DNA of 44,702 nucleotides from a virus (lineage: Duplodnaviria > Caudoviricetes): IMG/VR virus record IMGVR_UViG_3300037247_000488, positions 1 through 44,702 of that record; one strand, given 5' to 3'. Under the pieces are notes generated by a model. That model saw only the letters and a list, made by a program, of their open reading frames with translations. It had not been told where the DNA came from and made no database searches. Position 1 is the stretch's first letter; the number at the start of each line of letters is the position of its first letter. A program made the position numbers and the translations under genes. This document shows, in pieces, positions 36,667-44,702 of the stretch.

Positions 36667-37473
36667 ATGACAGAGAAACAGAAGGGTCTCAAAGACCTAG
36701 TCAATCACGAGAGAGAGAAGCTCCCCCCGAGGATTGTATTTTACAGTCTTGAGGGCATGGGCAAGTCAACCTTCGGAGCTTCGGCGCTTAAGCCTATTTT
36801 CCAGCCGACCGAGGACGGACTCGGCGAGATAGATGCACCGAAGTTCTCGAAGGCCAAGAGCTTCAGGGAGGTTATGGACAACCTCCGGATGCTCTATCAA
36901 GAGAAGCACGGCTACTTAACCTATGTCCTCGACACGATGGACTGGCTTGAGCCGCTGGTCTGTCTCGATGTCTGCGACCGCTACGGCCAAGACCCCAAGT
37001 TCGGGCTCGAAGGTAACGGCGGCAAAGGTAGCCCCTTCGGTTACGGCAAGGGCTACAAGTTTGCTATGAAGGTTTGGGAGGAGTTCCTTCTCGGCCTTGA
37101 CAAGCTCCGCAACGACAAGGGCATGGCAATACTCCTTATCGCTCACTCGGAGGTCAAGAGGTTCGAGAGCCCCGACGTAGAGCCTTATGATCGCCACCAG
37201 ATAAAGCTCCATAAGGAGATCAACGCCAAGGTGATCGAGTGGTGCGATGCTCTTCTCTTCGCCAATTACAAGGTGTTCACTGAGGCGAGCGACCTTGGCT
37301 TCGAGAAGACTCAGACCAGGGGCGTCGGCGGGACAGAGAGGGTAATATACACCGAGGAGCGCCCAGCCTTCAAGGCTAAGAACAGGTTCGGCCTACCCTC
37401 GGAAGTACCCTTTATTAAAGGCGAGGCATGGAACACCCTTATGAAAGGGATACAGGCGAGCAGAGCGAAGTAG
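36667..37473 (+). CDS. AAA_24 ATPase (Sak4-like single-strand annealing protein)
   Basis: Walker A-like EGMGKST, VLDTMDWLE, GYGKGY, EWCD..LF, AKNRFGLP. Confidence 0.88.
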   Translation: MTEKQKGLKDLVNHEREKLPPRIVFYSLEGMGKSTFGASALKPIFQPTEDGLGEIDAPKFSKAKSFREVMDNLRMLYQEKHGYLTYVLDTMDWLEPLVCLDVCDRYGQDPKFGLEGNGGKGSPFGYGKGYKFAMKVWEEFLLGLDKLRNDKGMAILLIAHSEVKRFESPDVEPYDRHQIKLHKEINAKVIEWCDALLFANYKVFTEASDLGFEKTQTRGVGGTERVIYTEERPAFKAKNRFGLPSEVPFIKGEAWNTLMKGIQASRAK

Positions 37474-37477
37474 TTAG

Positions 37478-37543
37478 GACGGCGGTGTCCACTGAATAAA
37501 TATTATCGGGGTGCTGGAGAGTGGCGAAAATCCCCGAGCCGTC
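37478..37543 (+). promoter_or_regulatory. Structured leader upstream of the SSB gene
   Basis: GACGGC/GCCGTC enclosing TCGGGG/CCCCGA, with possible CCACT/AGTGG pseudoknot pairing. Confidence 0.45.
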
Positions 37544-37584
37544 ATGATTTATAAACGCAGTACAACCACGAACAGGAGGTTCAT

Positions 37585-38133
37585 GTGTCACAGTTACCCG
37601 GAGAGTTCGATATAGAGAATGGAGTCAAGGAGTACAGGGAGGGATTTGCCGTAAGAGCCCCAGGGTGGTATAAGGCTGTCTTGCTCAAGGACGCGCAAAA
37701 GAACGTCAAGAGCGATGCCGAGAACAAGTTCCTTGAGGTCACGTTCCAGATACAGGACGGCTCCAACGATGAGATCGTCACGAGGTTCAACATCAAGAAC
37801 AAGAGCAAGAAGGCTCAGGCCATCGGCAGGGCCGGTCTCTGCAAGGTCGCCGAGAGCGTGGGGCAGACTGGCAAGTTCTCAAACACGGATGTCCTTAAGG
37901 GACGCCCCTTAATGATAAAGCTCGGCGTCGAGGAGTTCCAGACCAACAAGATAGATTCCGCGACCAACGCTCTTGAGCTAGACCCCAGTACAGGGAAGCC
38001 GAAGATGCTCAAGAGCAACGTCATCACGGGGTATGCTAAGGTCGGGAGCGCCCAGGCATCGGTTCAGGAGGCTGCGGCACCAGCTCCGGAGAGTGCGGCA
38101 TCAGCGCCCTCCACGGGCCCTGACGGGTGGTAA
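37585..38133 (+). CDS. DUF669-family single-stranded DNA-binding protein
   Basis: GGAGG SD plus GTG; PGWYKA, FNI.N.S.KA..IGR..L, N.I.GY; Ala/Pro tail ending in W; follows Sak4. Confidence 0.8.
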   Translation: MSQLPGEFDIENGVKEYREGFAVRAPGWYKAVLLKDAQKNVKSDAENKFLEVTFQIQDGSNDEIVTRFNIKNKSKKAQAIGRAGLCKVAESVGQTGKFSNTDVLKGRPLMIKLGVEEFQTNKIDSATNALELDPSTGKPKMLKSNVITGYAKVGSAQASVQEAAAPAPESAASAPSTGPDGW

Positions 38134-38149
38134 GGTAGTCTAACCAGGG

Positions 38150-38185
38150 GGTGGCGAGAGTGATGGGGCTCTCGTCACCTTGCTT
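38150..38185 (+). terminator. Hairpin / weak terminator after SSB
   Basis: GGTGGCGAGAG/CTCTCGTCACC stem followed by TTGCTT. Confidence 0.5.
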
Positions 38186-38197
38186 ATAAGGAGCACG

Positions 38198-38641
38198 ATG
38201 GAAAAGACAGAAGGAAAAGATACTCCAAAGAAGCTGACAAAGGAAGCACTGGAAGAAATAAGAAAGTGTGCTTTTCCCTGGGGGTATACTCCCGCTAAAG
38301 TGAGAAAATTACACGACCACATCACCGCCGTTGAGGGGGAGGTTGAGAGGCTATGGAGTAGAGAAGAGAGAGTTTTTGCCGAAGCCGTAAGATTCGCAAA
38401 TCCAAATATAAAGTCAGAGGACTTGACCATCTACGGCATAAAGATACGAGATGTCCTTTCGATGAAGGGGCGAATAATAGGTCTCCTTGAAGAGATAGCC
38501 AGGTGGAAGAGGTCAATAGATGACCTTGTGGCTATAGTTAAAGAGAAGAATGGGGAGATAGAGAGGTTGAGAGAAAACTCCTTAAATCGTGTTCACAATA
38601 TAAAGATGTGCACTAGTGCAGCCTGTCCAATATGTCGGTGA
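38198..38641 (+). CDS. Hypothetical protein
   Basis: AAGGAG SD; coiled coil; C-terminal H...C....CPIC. Confidence 0.6.
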   Translation: MEKTEGKDTPKKLTKEALEEIRKCAFPWGYTPAKVRKLHDHITAVEGEVERLWSREERVFAEAVRFANPNIKSEDLTIYGIKIRDVLSMKGRIIGLLEEIARWKRSIDDLVAIVKEKNGEIERLRENSLNRVHNIKMCTSAACPICR

Positions 38642-38659
38642 TATAAAGGAGATTGAATA

Positions 38660-39031
38660 ATGGGCAAGACAACAGGAAAGAAAATTTACGGAACCTGCGC
38701 ACATTGCGGGTCAATTCTTGAGGTTGAGGGCGTGGAAGGAGCAAAGTTTTTCGTGCCAAATCATGTAAAAGATACTGATGCCCTCAAGCAGAAGGTCGAG
38801 GCTGTAGGAGATACTCTTTTAGAGACACTCGATGAACTAGCTAAAGTTAGTGGCACGCTATCAGCAACAGAGGAAATCATCGAGAAGATTCAGGAGGCGG
38901 CTCTCTATGTAATCAACAAGCATGAGTTACTACACCCTCAATGCGGCAGAGATGATTGTTTAATCCACGACCTCAAACAAGCCTGTACCGATAAAAAGGG
39001 AAGCCATGACAGACATAAGCTGCATAAATGA
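38660..39031 (+). CDS. Hypothetical protein with CxxC and HPxCxxDDCLIH domain
   Basis: AAGGAG SD; CAHCG; C-terminal domain shared with 29992..30678. Confidence 0.65.
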   Translation: MGKTTGKKIYGTCAHCGSILEVEGVEGAKFFVPNHVKDTDALKQKVEAVGDTLLETLDELAKVSGTLSATEEIIEKIQEAALYVINKHELLHPQCGRDDCLIHDLKQACTDKKGSHDRHKLHK

Positions 39032-39785
39032 CGATAGCACGGTAGCAGAGGTCGACCGGCGCTTGGAAAAGATAGGGCGCAAAGAGAAGCCTCGTGACTA
39101 CCTCGGCATGTCAGAGGTCGGAGACGAGTGCTACCGGAAGCTCTGGTTCATCTTGCATGACCGCACTACCGAGAAGTTTAGCGCTCGCACCCTTAGGATT
39201 TTCAAGGCCGGTCACCGTATCGAGGCCGATATAATCCGCGATCTGGAGCTGGCCGGATACAAGGTCTCTGGTAGACAGAAGGTTTTCAGGGATTTTCAAA
39301 GCAAATGTACCTGCTCTGAATGTCCGACGCTCGCAGAGGATCCCGAGCCTCACAATAAATGGATGTTCAAAGGTCATAGTGACGGTATCCTTGAGGGCAT
39401 ACTTGAGAGCAAAGTTCCTCATGTCCTTGAGGTCAAGTCGTGCTCCGAGAAAAACTTCAAACTTTTCCTTAAGCACGGCGTCAAAGACCATCCGGTTTAT
39501 GGCGAGAAGTATTACGCCCAGGCCCAGCTCTATATGGGATACTCTGGCATCAAAAGGACGCTCTTTATTATCGAGAACAAAAACACGTCGGAGCGTATCC
39601 AGTTCAGGGTTAAATATGTGGCTAAGGACTTCAAGGCTCTCAAGGCCAAGGCGAAGATAATCATCGAAGCGAAGTATCCGCCCCCTGGCATCAGCGAGAA
39701 CCCTACATGGTTCAAGTGCAAGCTCTGTCAGTACAATGACGCGAAACATTGCAGAAGAGAATATGAGGTAAAATTAAATTGGTAA
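39006..39785 (+). CDS. Cas4-like PD-(D/E)XK exonuclease
   Basis: YLGMS.VG..C.RKLW, GH.DG, LEVKS, Q.QLYM, C-terminal CKLC....C. Confidence 0.88.
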   Translation: MTDISCINDDSTVAEVDRRLEKIGRKEKPRDYLGMSEVGDECYRKLWFILHDRTTEKFSARTLRIFKAGHRIEADIIRDLELAGYKVSGRQKVFRDFQSKCTCSECPTLAEDPEPHNKWMFKGHSDGILEGILESKVPHVLEVKSCSEKNFKLFLKHGVKDHPVYGEKYYAQAQLYMGYSGIKRTLFIIENKNTSERIQFRVKYVAKDFKALKAKAKIIIEAKYPPPGISENPTWFKCKLCQYNDAKHCRREYEVKLNW

Positions 39786-41578
39786 TGATACCTCGCCCTC
39801 ACCAGATAAAGGCGCTCGACATGATATGGAGGGCGCTCGGCTGTGATCCGAATGTACTTTTGAGCGCCGCGTGCTCTGCCGGAAAGACTTTTATGTTCTC
39901 GAAGATCACCAAGAGGTTCCTGGGTGACAGGCCGGCAGGGCGAGTGCTCATCCTTCTTGATATGGAAGTGCTCGTCACCCAGGCCCGAGACAAGCTCATC
40001 GAGGCCGTGCCGGAACTCCAGCTCGACATCGGTATCGCGTGCGCCTCGGTCTCGGCCTTTAAGGATACGTCCAAACGAGTTACCATCGCAAGCCGACAGT
40101 CTTTGGCAAATATCCTCGGCTCCTGTGAGCCCTTCCAGTTAATGATCGTGGATGAGTGTCACATGATGGCGATGCCCAAGGAGGAGGCGGTCGAGCCAGT
40201 CGATCAGTACGCCATTATCATCCAGGTGCTCAGGGACTATAATCCCAAGATGAGGATGCTCGGAGTAACCGCGACACCCTTCCGACTCAACGACGGCTAC
40301 ATCTACGGAAACAAGAATGCAAGCGGGTCAAGACCGTATTTTAGCGAAGTGCACCACAGGATCACCGTAGCGGAGCTGACCGCTGCCGGATACCTCGCTC
40401 CCCTCGTGGGAGTGACGGCGTGCCCGGAGGATCTGGTCCAACAACTCGGGGAAATAGGTATGATAGGAGGGGAATACAACCTCGGGAGACTAGGTGCCCT
40501 CATGGAGCAAGGCGTGCATGTAGGCTCTGCTGTAGAGGCTTGGCGTGAGCACGCGATAGCCCGAAAGAAGACCCTTGCCTTCTGCGTGACCATTGAACAC
40601 GCTGAGAGGCTCGCTGAGGGCTTCTCAGCGGCCGGAATACCGGCCACTGCCATCCATAGCAGGCTTACGCCCCTAGAAAACCACGCCAGGATGAAAGATC
40701 TGGAAAAGGGGCTTGAATCAAAGGTCTTCTGCTCGGTCGCCAAACTCACCAAAGGGCTCGACGTGATCGATATTGACTGTATACTCATGGCGAGGCCCAC
40801 CAAGTCCACAGCCCTTTATGCTCAGATGCTCGGGAGGGGGCAGCGGATAGCTCCGGGGAAGACCGACTGTATCGTCATCGATATGGTGGGCAACAATGCA
40901 GAGCACGGCACGGATCTCGATAAGCTCAAGGTTACATATAAGAGGGGGGTTGGCGACGAAGAGGGGCAGATGCCCACCAAGGAATGCCCGAAGTGCGCTT
41001 GTCTTCTTCACCCGGCTGTGAGAGTATGCCCTGAATGTCAGTACGAATATCCAGAGAAGGACTTCGAGGAGCTTGACAAGCCTCATCTGGTGCATTCGGA
41101 TTACGGAGTCGCCGAGCCAATACGTGCCAAGGTTCAGAGCATGTACGTTATCGACCATCTAGCGCGAAGGAAGAGCGGCGAAAAAGAAGAGGACAGAAGA
41201 ACGCTCCTTAAGATTGAGCTTTCTTGTTATCAGGATGGATATGCTCTTACCGCCATCGACGTTAAGATATGGCTATGTTTTCCGGACGATGGATACTCAG
41301 GGTTTGCGATAGAAAAAGGCGAAGCCAAGTGGCTAGAGATGTGCGGTACTAGACCCCCAAGGTCGGCGGCGGAGGCGCTCGACAGGCAAGAAGAAATAAA
41401 GATGCCAGAGGAGGCGTTGATAGACGTGTCGGGCAAATGGCCTGAGTTGCTCCAGGTGTTCTATGAGGTAGATCCGGCACCTCTCGATGTAGTAGAGAAA
41501 GCGCTCAAGGACAACGAAGGATTCGACATAAGAGATGTCGATTTATCGGGGATTGACTTAGAAGAAATCCCCTTCTGA
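39785..41578 (+). CDS. Superfamily 2 DExH helicase (RadD/YejH-like) with zinc finger
   Basis: PRPHQ, AGKT, IVDECH, TATPFR, QMLGRG.R, CPKC..CPEC. Confidence 0.92.
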   Translation: MIPRPHQIKALDMIWRALGCDPNVLLSAACSAGKTFMFSKITKRFLGDRPAGRVLILLDMEVLVTQARDKLIEAVPELQLDIGIACASVSAFKDTSKRVTIASRQSLANILGSCEPFQLMIVDECHMMAMPKEEAVEPVDQYAIIIQVLRDYNPKMRMLGVTATPFRLNDGYIYGNKNASGSRPYFSEVHHRITVAELTAAGYLAPLVGVTACPEDLVQQLGEIGMIGGEYNLGRLGALMEQGVHVGSAVEAWREHAIARKKTLAFCVTIEHAERLAEGFSAAGIPATAIHSRLTPLENHARMKDLEKGLESKVFCSVAKLTKGLDVIDIDCILMARPTKSTALYAQMLGRGQRIAPGKTDCIVIDMVGNNAEHGTDLDKLKVTYKRGVGDEEGQMPTKECPKCACLLHPAVRVCPECQYEYPEKDFEELDKPHLVHSDYGVAEPIRAKVQSMYVIDHLARRKSGEKEEDRRTLLKIELSCYQDGYALTAIDVKIWLCFPDDGYSGFAIEKGEAKWLEMCGTRPPRSAAEALDRQEEIKMPEEALIDVSGKWPELLQVFYEVDPAPLDVVEKALKDNEGFDIRDVDLSGIDLEEIPF

Positions 41579-41607
41579 TGTAAAACCTATAAACGAGGGA
41601 GGACGAA

Positions 41608-42003
41608 ATGGATGAGATGGATATAATAGCACTACAAGGCCTTAACCTTAGGGCCATCGAGAATGACGGGCTCGGTCTGGGCGATGTTTTTTTTGCCCAG
41701 ACTATCGTTATCCGTGCATCCGAAAAGTTACGGGAGCGCATAAAGGATCTTGAGTCTACGGTTAAGTCCAACGCCGAGGCTCATAACGTCATGGGCGATA
41801 AGCTCGTAGACACGGAGAGAGAGCGGGACGACTATAAGGAGAGGCTTCGCGTGCTCGTCGGCGAGCCCGAGCCCGAGGTCAAGGTCGAGGATACGGAACC
41901 CGTAGACACTGCCGGAGAGGGAATGGGACACGCCGATGGTTTTGATGACACCCCTCAGCCTGAAGACACCAAAGAGGATGAACCGCAGTACCCCAAGGAC
42001 TAA
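41608..42003 (+). CDS. Acidic hypothetical protein with coiled coil
   Basis: GGAGG SD; last gene of the rightward arm. Confidence 0.65.
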   Translation: MDEMDIIALQGLNLRAIENDGLGLGDVFFAQTIVIRASEKLRERIKDLESTVKSNAEAHNVMGDKLVDTERERDDYKERLRVLVGEPEPEVKVEDTEPVDTAGEGMGHADGFDDTPQPEDTKEDEPQYPKD

Positions 42004-42015
42004 GGCCTGAGACAG

Positions 42016-42048
42016 AGCCCCTAGAGCACACCACTCTGGGGGCTTTTT
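42016..42048 (+). terminator. Rho-independent terminator at the convergence of the two arms
   Basis: AGCCCCTAGAG/CTCTGGGGGCT stem followed by a T-run. Confidence 0.8.
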
Positions 42049-42423
42049 CTATCTACTCCCCGGTGGATATTTTCCGCCCCACTGCAAGACTCTGTACCGA
42101 TTGAATCCATGACGGTATTGCTTACCTATCTCGGGAGGGCCCATCTCGAAAGGTGGGACGGCCTCCGGAGTCTTGGCGGTGTAGGTACGAAAACCTCCAG
42201 GCCATCCGCCGACCCCTAACGCAGTTATATGGCCTACAGGATGTGGGCCACCTCCCTCCGGAGTCTTGGCGACAAAGGTGCGAAACCCTCTAGGCCATCC
42301 ACCAACACCCAGCGCCGTGATCTTCTCTACAGGATGTGGGCCGCCCCCTTCTGGAGTCTTAGGGGTGAAGGTATGCAGCCCTCCAGGCCACCCACCTACC
42401 CCTAGTGCCGTCTTCTGTGCCAT
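42049..42423 (-). CDS. Small Gly/Pro-rich protein with three 31-aa repeats
   Basis: TALGVGGWPxGxxTxxxKTPE(GGGPHPV) x3; last gene of the late arm. Confidence 0.7.
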   Translation of the reverse strand: MAQKTALGVGGWPGGLHTFTPKTPEGGGPHPVEKITALGVGGWPRGFRTFVAKTPEGGGPHPVGHITALGVGGWPGGFRTYTAKTPEAVPPFEMGPPEIGKQYRHGFNRYRVLQWGGKYPPGSR

Positions 42424-42431
42424 TGGCTACC

Positions 42432-44702
42432 CTACACGATAGAGAACGTATCGCCCGCGACAGGCGCGGTTGTGAGAGCTGTAAAGGTTAACTTGCTTCC
42501 AGACACAGCGACGCCGGTTATATCCGTAGCCTGTTTGCGTAGATTAGCGGTCGTCGTATCTGCTGCAAATATGAGTTGCCTACCCTTTAGCTGGTCGAGC
42601 ACCCCGACAGTCAGGTCTGTAGTCATCTCCGTAGTTGAGAGCGTTCCAGCCTCAGCCGCACCATCAGCAATAGATGCTGACGCCCTTGCCTGGGTGTCCG
42701 TTACCACCTTGATCGCATCTACATTGGAGTCCACTGTAGCCAGAGCCGCAGCGGTAGCTCCACTGTTCGTACCTCTCATGGTCTGCCTGATCTCGGTATA
42801 GAACATTCTGCCGGTAGCCCCGATTATCTCATAATCGTTTGCGGCGACCGTGACCTTCTGGCCCTTGAGGGTTATGCGTATAGTATCGCCCTCTGCGTAC
42901 CCTGCCCCTGAATCAAATACCTCATCATAGTAGATAAGACCGGCTATCTCAGAGCAGGCCGCATCAGAGACTATCGAAGTCCAAGACGTGCCGCCTATGG
43001 CCTTTCGGTCGATAGAGATCGTTCCCGGCGTTATCTCAACGGTAGATGGCAGGTCATCGAGAGAATTGAAGAGCATCAGGCCGAGTCGGACTGTAGCCGT
43101 GTCTGCCAGGTCTATAGAGGGTGGCATCAGCGGTTGGATATTGATTATGTCGGTAATCCCCCCGCCACCTCCAGTTATCCAAGCAGCATCGCCTCTATTT
43201 CTAATGGCTTCATTGGAGTCTGTACTCTCATCAAAACCAGAGCCCTTAATCTCGGTCAGGTGCGTCGTATTAATGTCCTGTTTCGCCTCTGTCGCCAACC
43301 CCGCCTGAATCTCAGAGATTGGATGAGCGTGCAAGGCAACGATCACAAAATCATCTCCATTGACCGGAGTGACAGGCCAAGGAGTATCCGCCTCAAAGGT
43401 TACGTGTCCACTAGCATTTACATAAGTCAGTATTGGCTTGCCTATCCCGGCGTTGGCCGCACCATTGACAAATATCATTACGGCATCCGCAAAATAAGTA
43501 TCAATTTCTGTGAGATCGGTATCGAAGTCTGTCGTTGTTGGTGAAGCATCAGATACAGCGCCATCTACCTGAATTAAATCACCACTCAGCCTGAGAACCT
43601 TACCAGCCGATTGACCTATATTATGGTTAGCCATGCTTATTACTCTATCCCAAACACCCTTGGCTATCGCCACAATACCTGTTGCTGTGCTTAGAACTAA
43701 ATCCAATCCCGTTGCCGCAAGAGAGTATCCTGCTTTAGAGCTTGCGGCAACGACAACACCGTCTGTTCCGGTATCCGCAAGAATATCCGCCACATCAGAC
43801 CCCTCAAAAGCGCCGAGAACTAAAACAACTGAGCCACCTGTGCGGTTATCTGTAAGACTTTCGTACTCGCCTAAAATCTTAATCGTACCATCCACACCGT
43901 TTAGTACAATGTCTCCGAGCTCCATACCGGAGATAGTCATCACATCACCAGCCTCAACATTGCTAACGGTGATAGTACCCGCCCAATTTCTCCACTGCGC
44001 GGTGATGGTTTGCCCCGGAGTTTTAGTAAATGTCGGGCCACCAACACCAGGAACTTTACTGTAGCAATTATGGTAATTATAATCACCGGCAAGGGTATGA
44101 GTGACTGTCCCATCGAATGAGCAGAAATCAAAGTGGCCTTTCTGCACTGACGTCGTGCCAACATCACAACCCTCAAAATGCACTTCGGCTGTTGATAACC
44201 CAACACCTGATACATGAGCACCTTGAAAATATGCCCCGGCGACATTTTGACCACCTAAAGCCAGTGTCCAGTTGTCTCCAAAATACGATTCGTTTACTGT
44301 ACTTTCAACTAGCAGAATTGAGGAACCGTTGATAAGATGAAAATCAGATAGGCCAACAGAACTACCTAATGTTTTGGCACTGGCAAGAAGATCTACCTGA
44401 TTGTCAGCTACACCATGAGTAAACGGGACTGTCCCGGCCTCCCCACCAGTTGTATTAATCCATATTTGACCGTTTGCATACCCGACTGACTGCCCGATAT
44501 TCGTAGCGAAAACGACTAATTGGTCAATGCTAATATTTGAGGGTGTCGTACTGTCCGTCTCAAGACGTATATATACTTTACCTAACTCAGCACCAGTTCC
44601 TACGTGCTTGGGCAACAAAATAGGATCTTCTGTCACAAATGCCCCACCGCCAGACCCTTCTACTGTCCCAATGATTTCCCAATCTGCACCTACATGGTCA
44701 TA
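42432..44702 (-). CDS. Large structural/fibre-like protein (5' end outside the window)
   Basis: Frame open to the window end (YDHVGADWEIIG...); beta-helix-like segment and two TDL..IF..TF..P..GD.F.IV modules. Confidence 0.75.
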   Translation of the reverse strand, partial: YDHVGADWEIIGTVEGSGGGAFVTEDPILLPKHVGTGAELGKVYIRLETDSTTPSNISIDQLVVFATNIGQSVGYANGQIWINTTGGEAGTVPFTHGVADNQVDLLASAKTLGSSVGLSDFHLINGSSILLVESTVNESYFGDNWTLALGGQNVAGAYFQGAHVSGVGLSTAEVHFEGCDVGTTSVQKGHFDFCSFDGTVTHTLAGDYNYHNCYSKVPGVGGPTFTKTPGQTITAQWRNWAGTITVSNVEAGDVMTISGMELGDIVLNGVDGTIKILGEYESLTDNRTGGSVVLVLGAFEGSDVADILADTGTDGVVVAASSKAGYSLAATGLDLVLSTATGIVAIAKGVWDRVISMANHNIGQSAGKVLRLSGDLIQVDGAVSDASPTTTDFDTDLTEIDTYFADAVMIFVNGAANAGIGKPILTYVNASGHVTFEADTPWPVTPVNGDDFVIVALHAHPISEIQAGLATEAKQDINTTHLTEIKGSGFDESTDSNEAIRNRGDAAWITGGGGGITDIINIQPLMPPSIDLADTATVRLGLMLFNSLDDLPSTVEITPGTISIDRKAIGGTSWTSIVSDAACSEIAGLIYYDEVFDSGAGYAEGDTIRITLKGQKVTVAANDYEIIGATGRMFYTEIRQTMRGTNSGATAAALATVDSNVDAIKVVTDTQARASASIADGAAEAGTLSTTEMTTDLTVGVLDQLKGRQLIFAADTTTANLRKQATDITGVAVSGSKLTFTALTTAPVAGDTFSIV

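Noticed and set aside
44695-44700. Terminal repeat (TGGTCA at both window ends)
   Set aside because: Only 6 bp match and the next bases diverge; chance.
1-44702. Stop-codon reassignment
   Set aside because: Core genes are full length in the standard code and TAA, TAG and TGA all end tightly coupled genes.

Overview
Near-complete genome of a tailed dsDNA bacteriophage with a short T7/BPP-1-like (podovirus-type) virion. It appears circularly permuted: both window edges cut minus-strand structural genes. Twin back-to-back sigma70-like promoters at about 36.04-36.15 kb drive two arms. The rightward arm carries a Sak4-like AAA ATPase, a DUF669 SSB, a Cas4-like nuclease and an SF2 helicase. The long leftward arm carries a PAPS-reductase-like PP-loop enzyme, a Cro-like HTH and a Toprim primase-helicase followed by an iteron origin. 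It continues through many small Cys-rich ORFs, terminase, portal, scaffold, capsid, tail tube proteins, ejection proteins, tail fibre, lysis genes and large carbohydrate-binding structural proteins. No integrase, DNA polymerase, RNA polymerase, reverse transcriptase or CRISPR array is seen. The most unusual element is a non-coding cassette at 28.9-29.2 kb. It holds a 113-nt tRNA-scaffold RNA whose elongated anticodon and variable arms end in mutually complementary loops (AUGCAC/GUGCAU), preceded by a 4-codon minigene and a long imperfect hairpin. Also notable are an ADP-ribosyltransferase-like and a zincin-like domain inside the large ejection protein, a possible pseudoknot upstream of the SSB gene, and duplicated Cys/His domains. 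All protein family calls come from motif recognition by eye; no searches were run.
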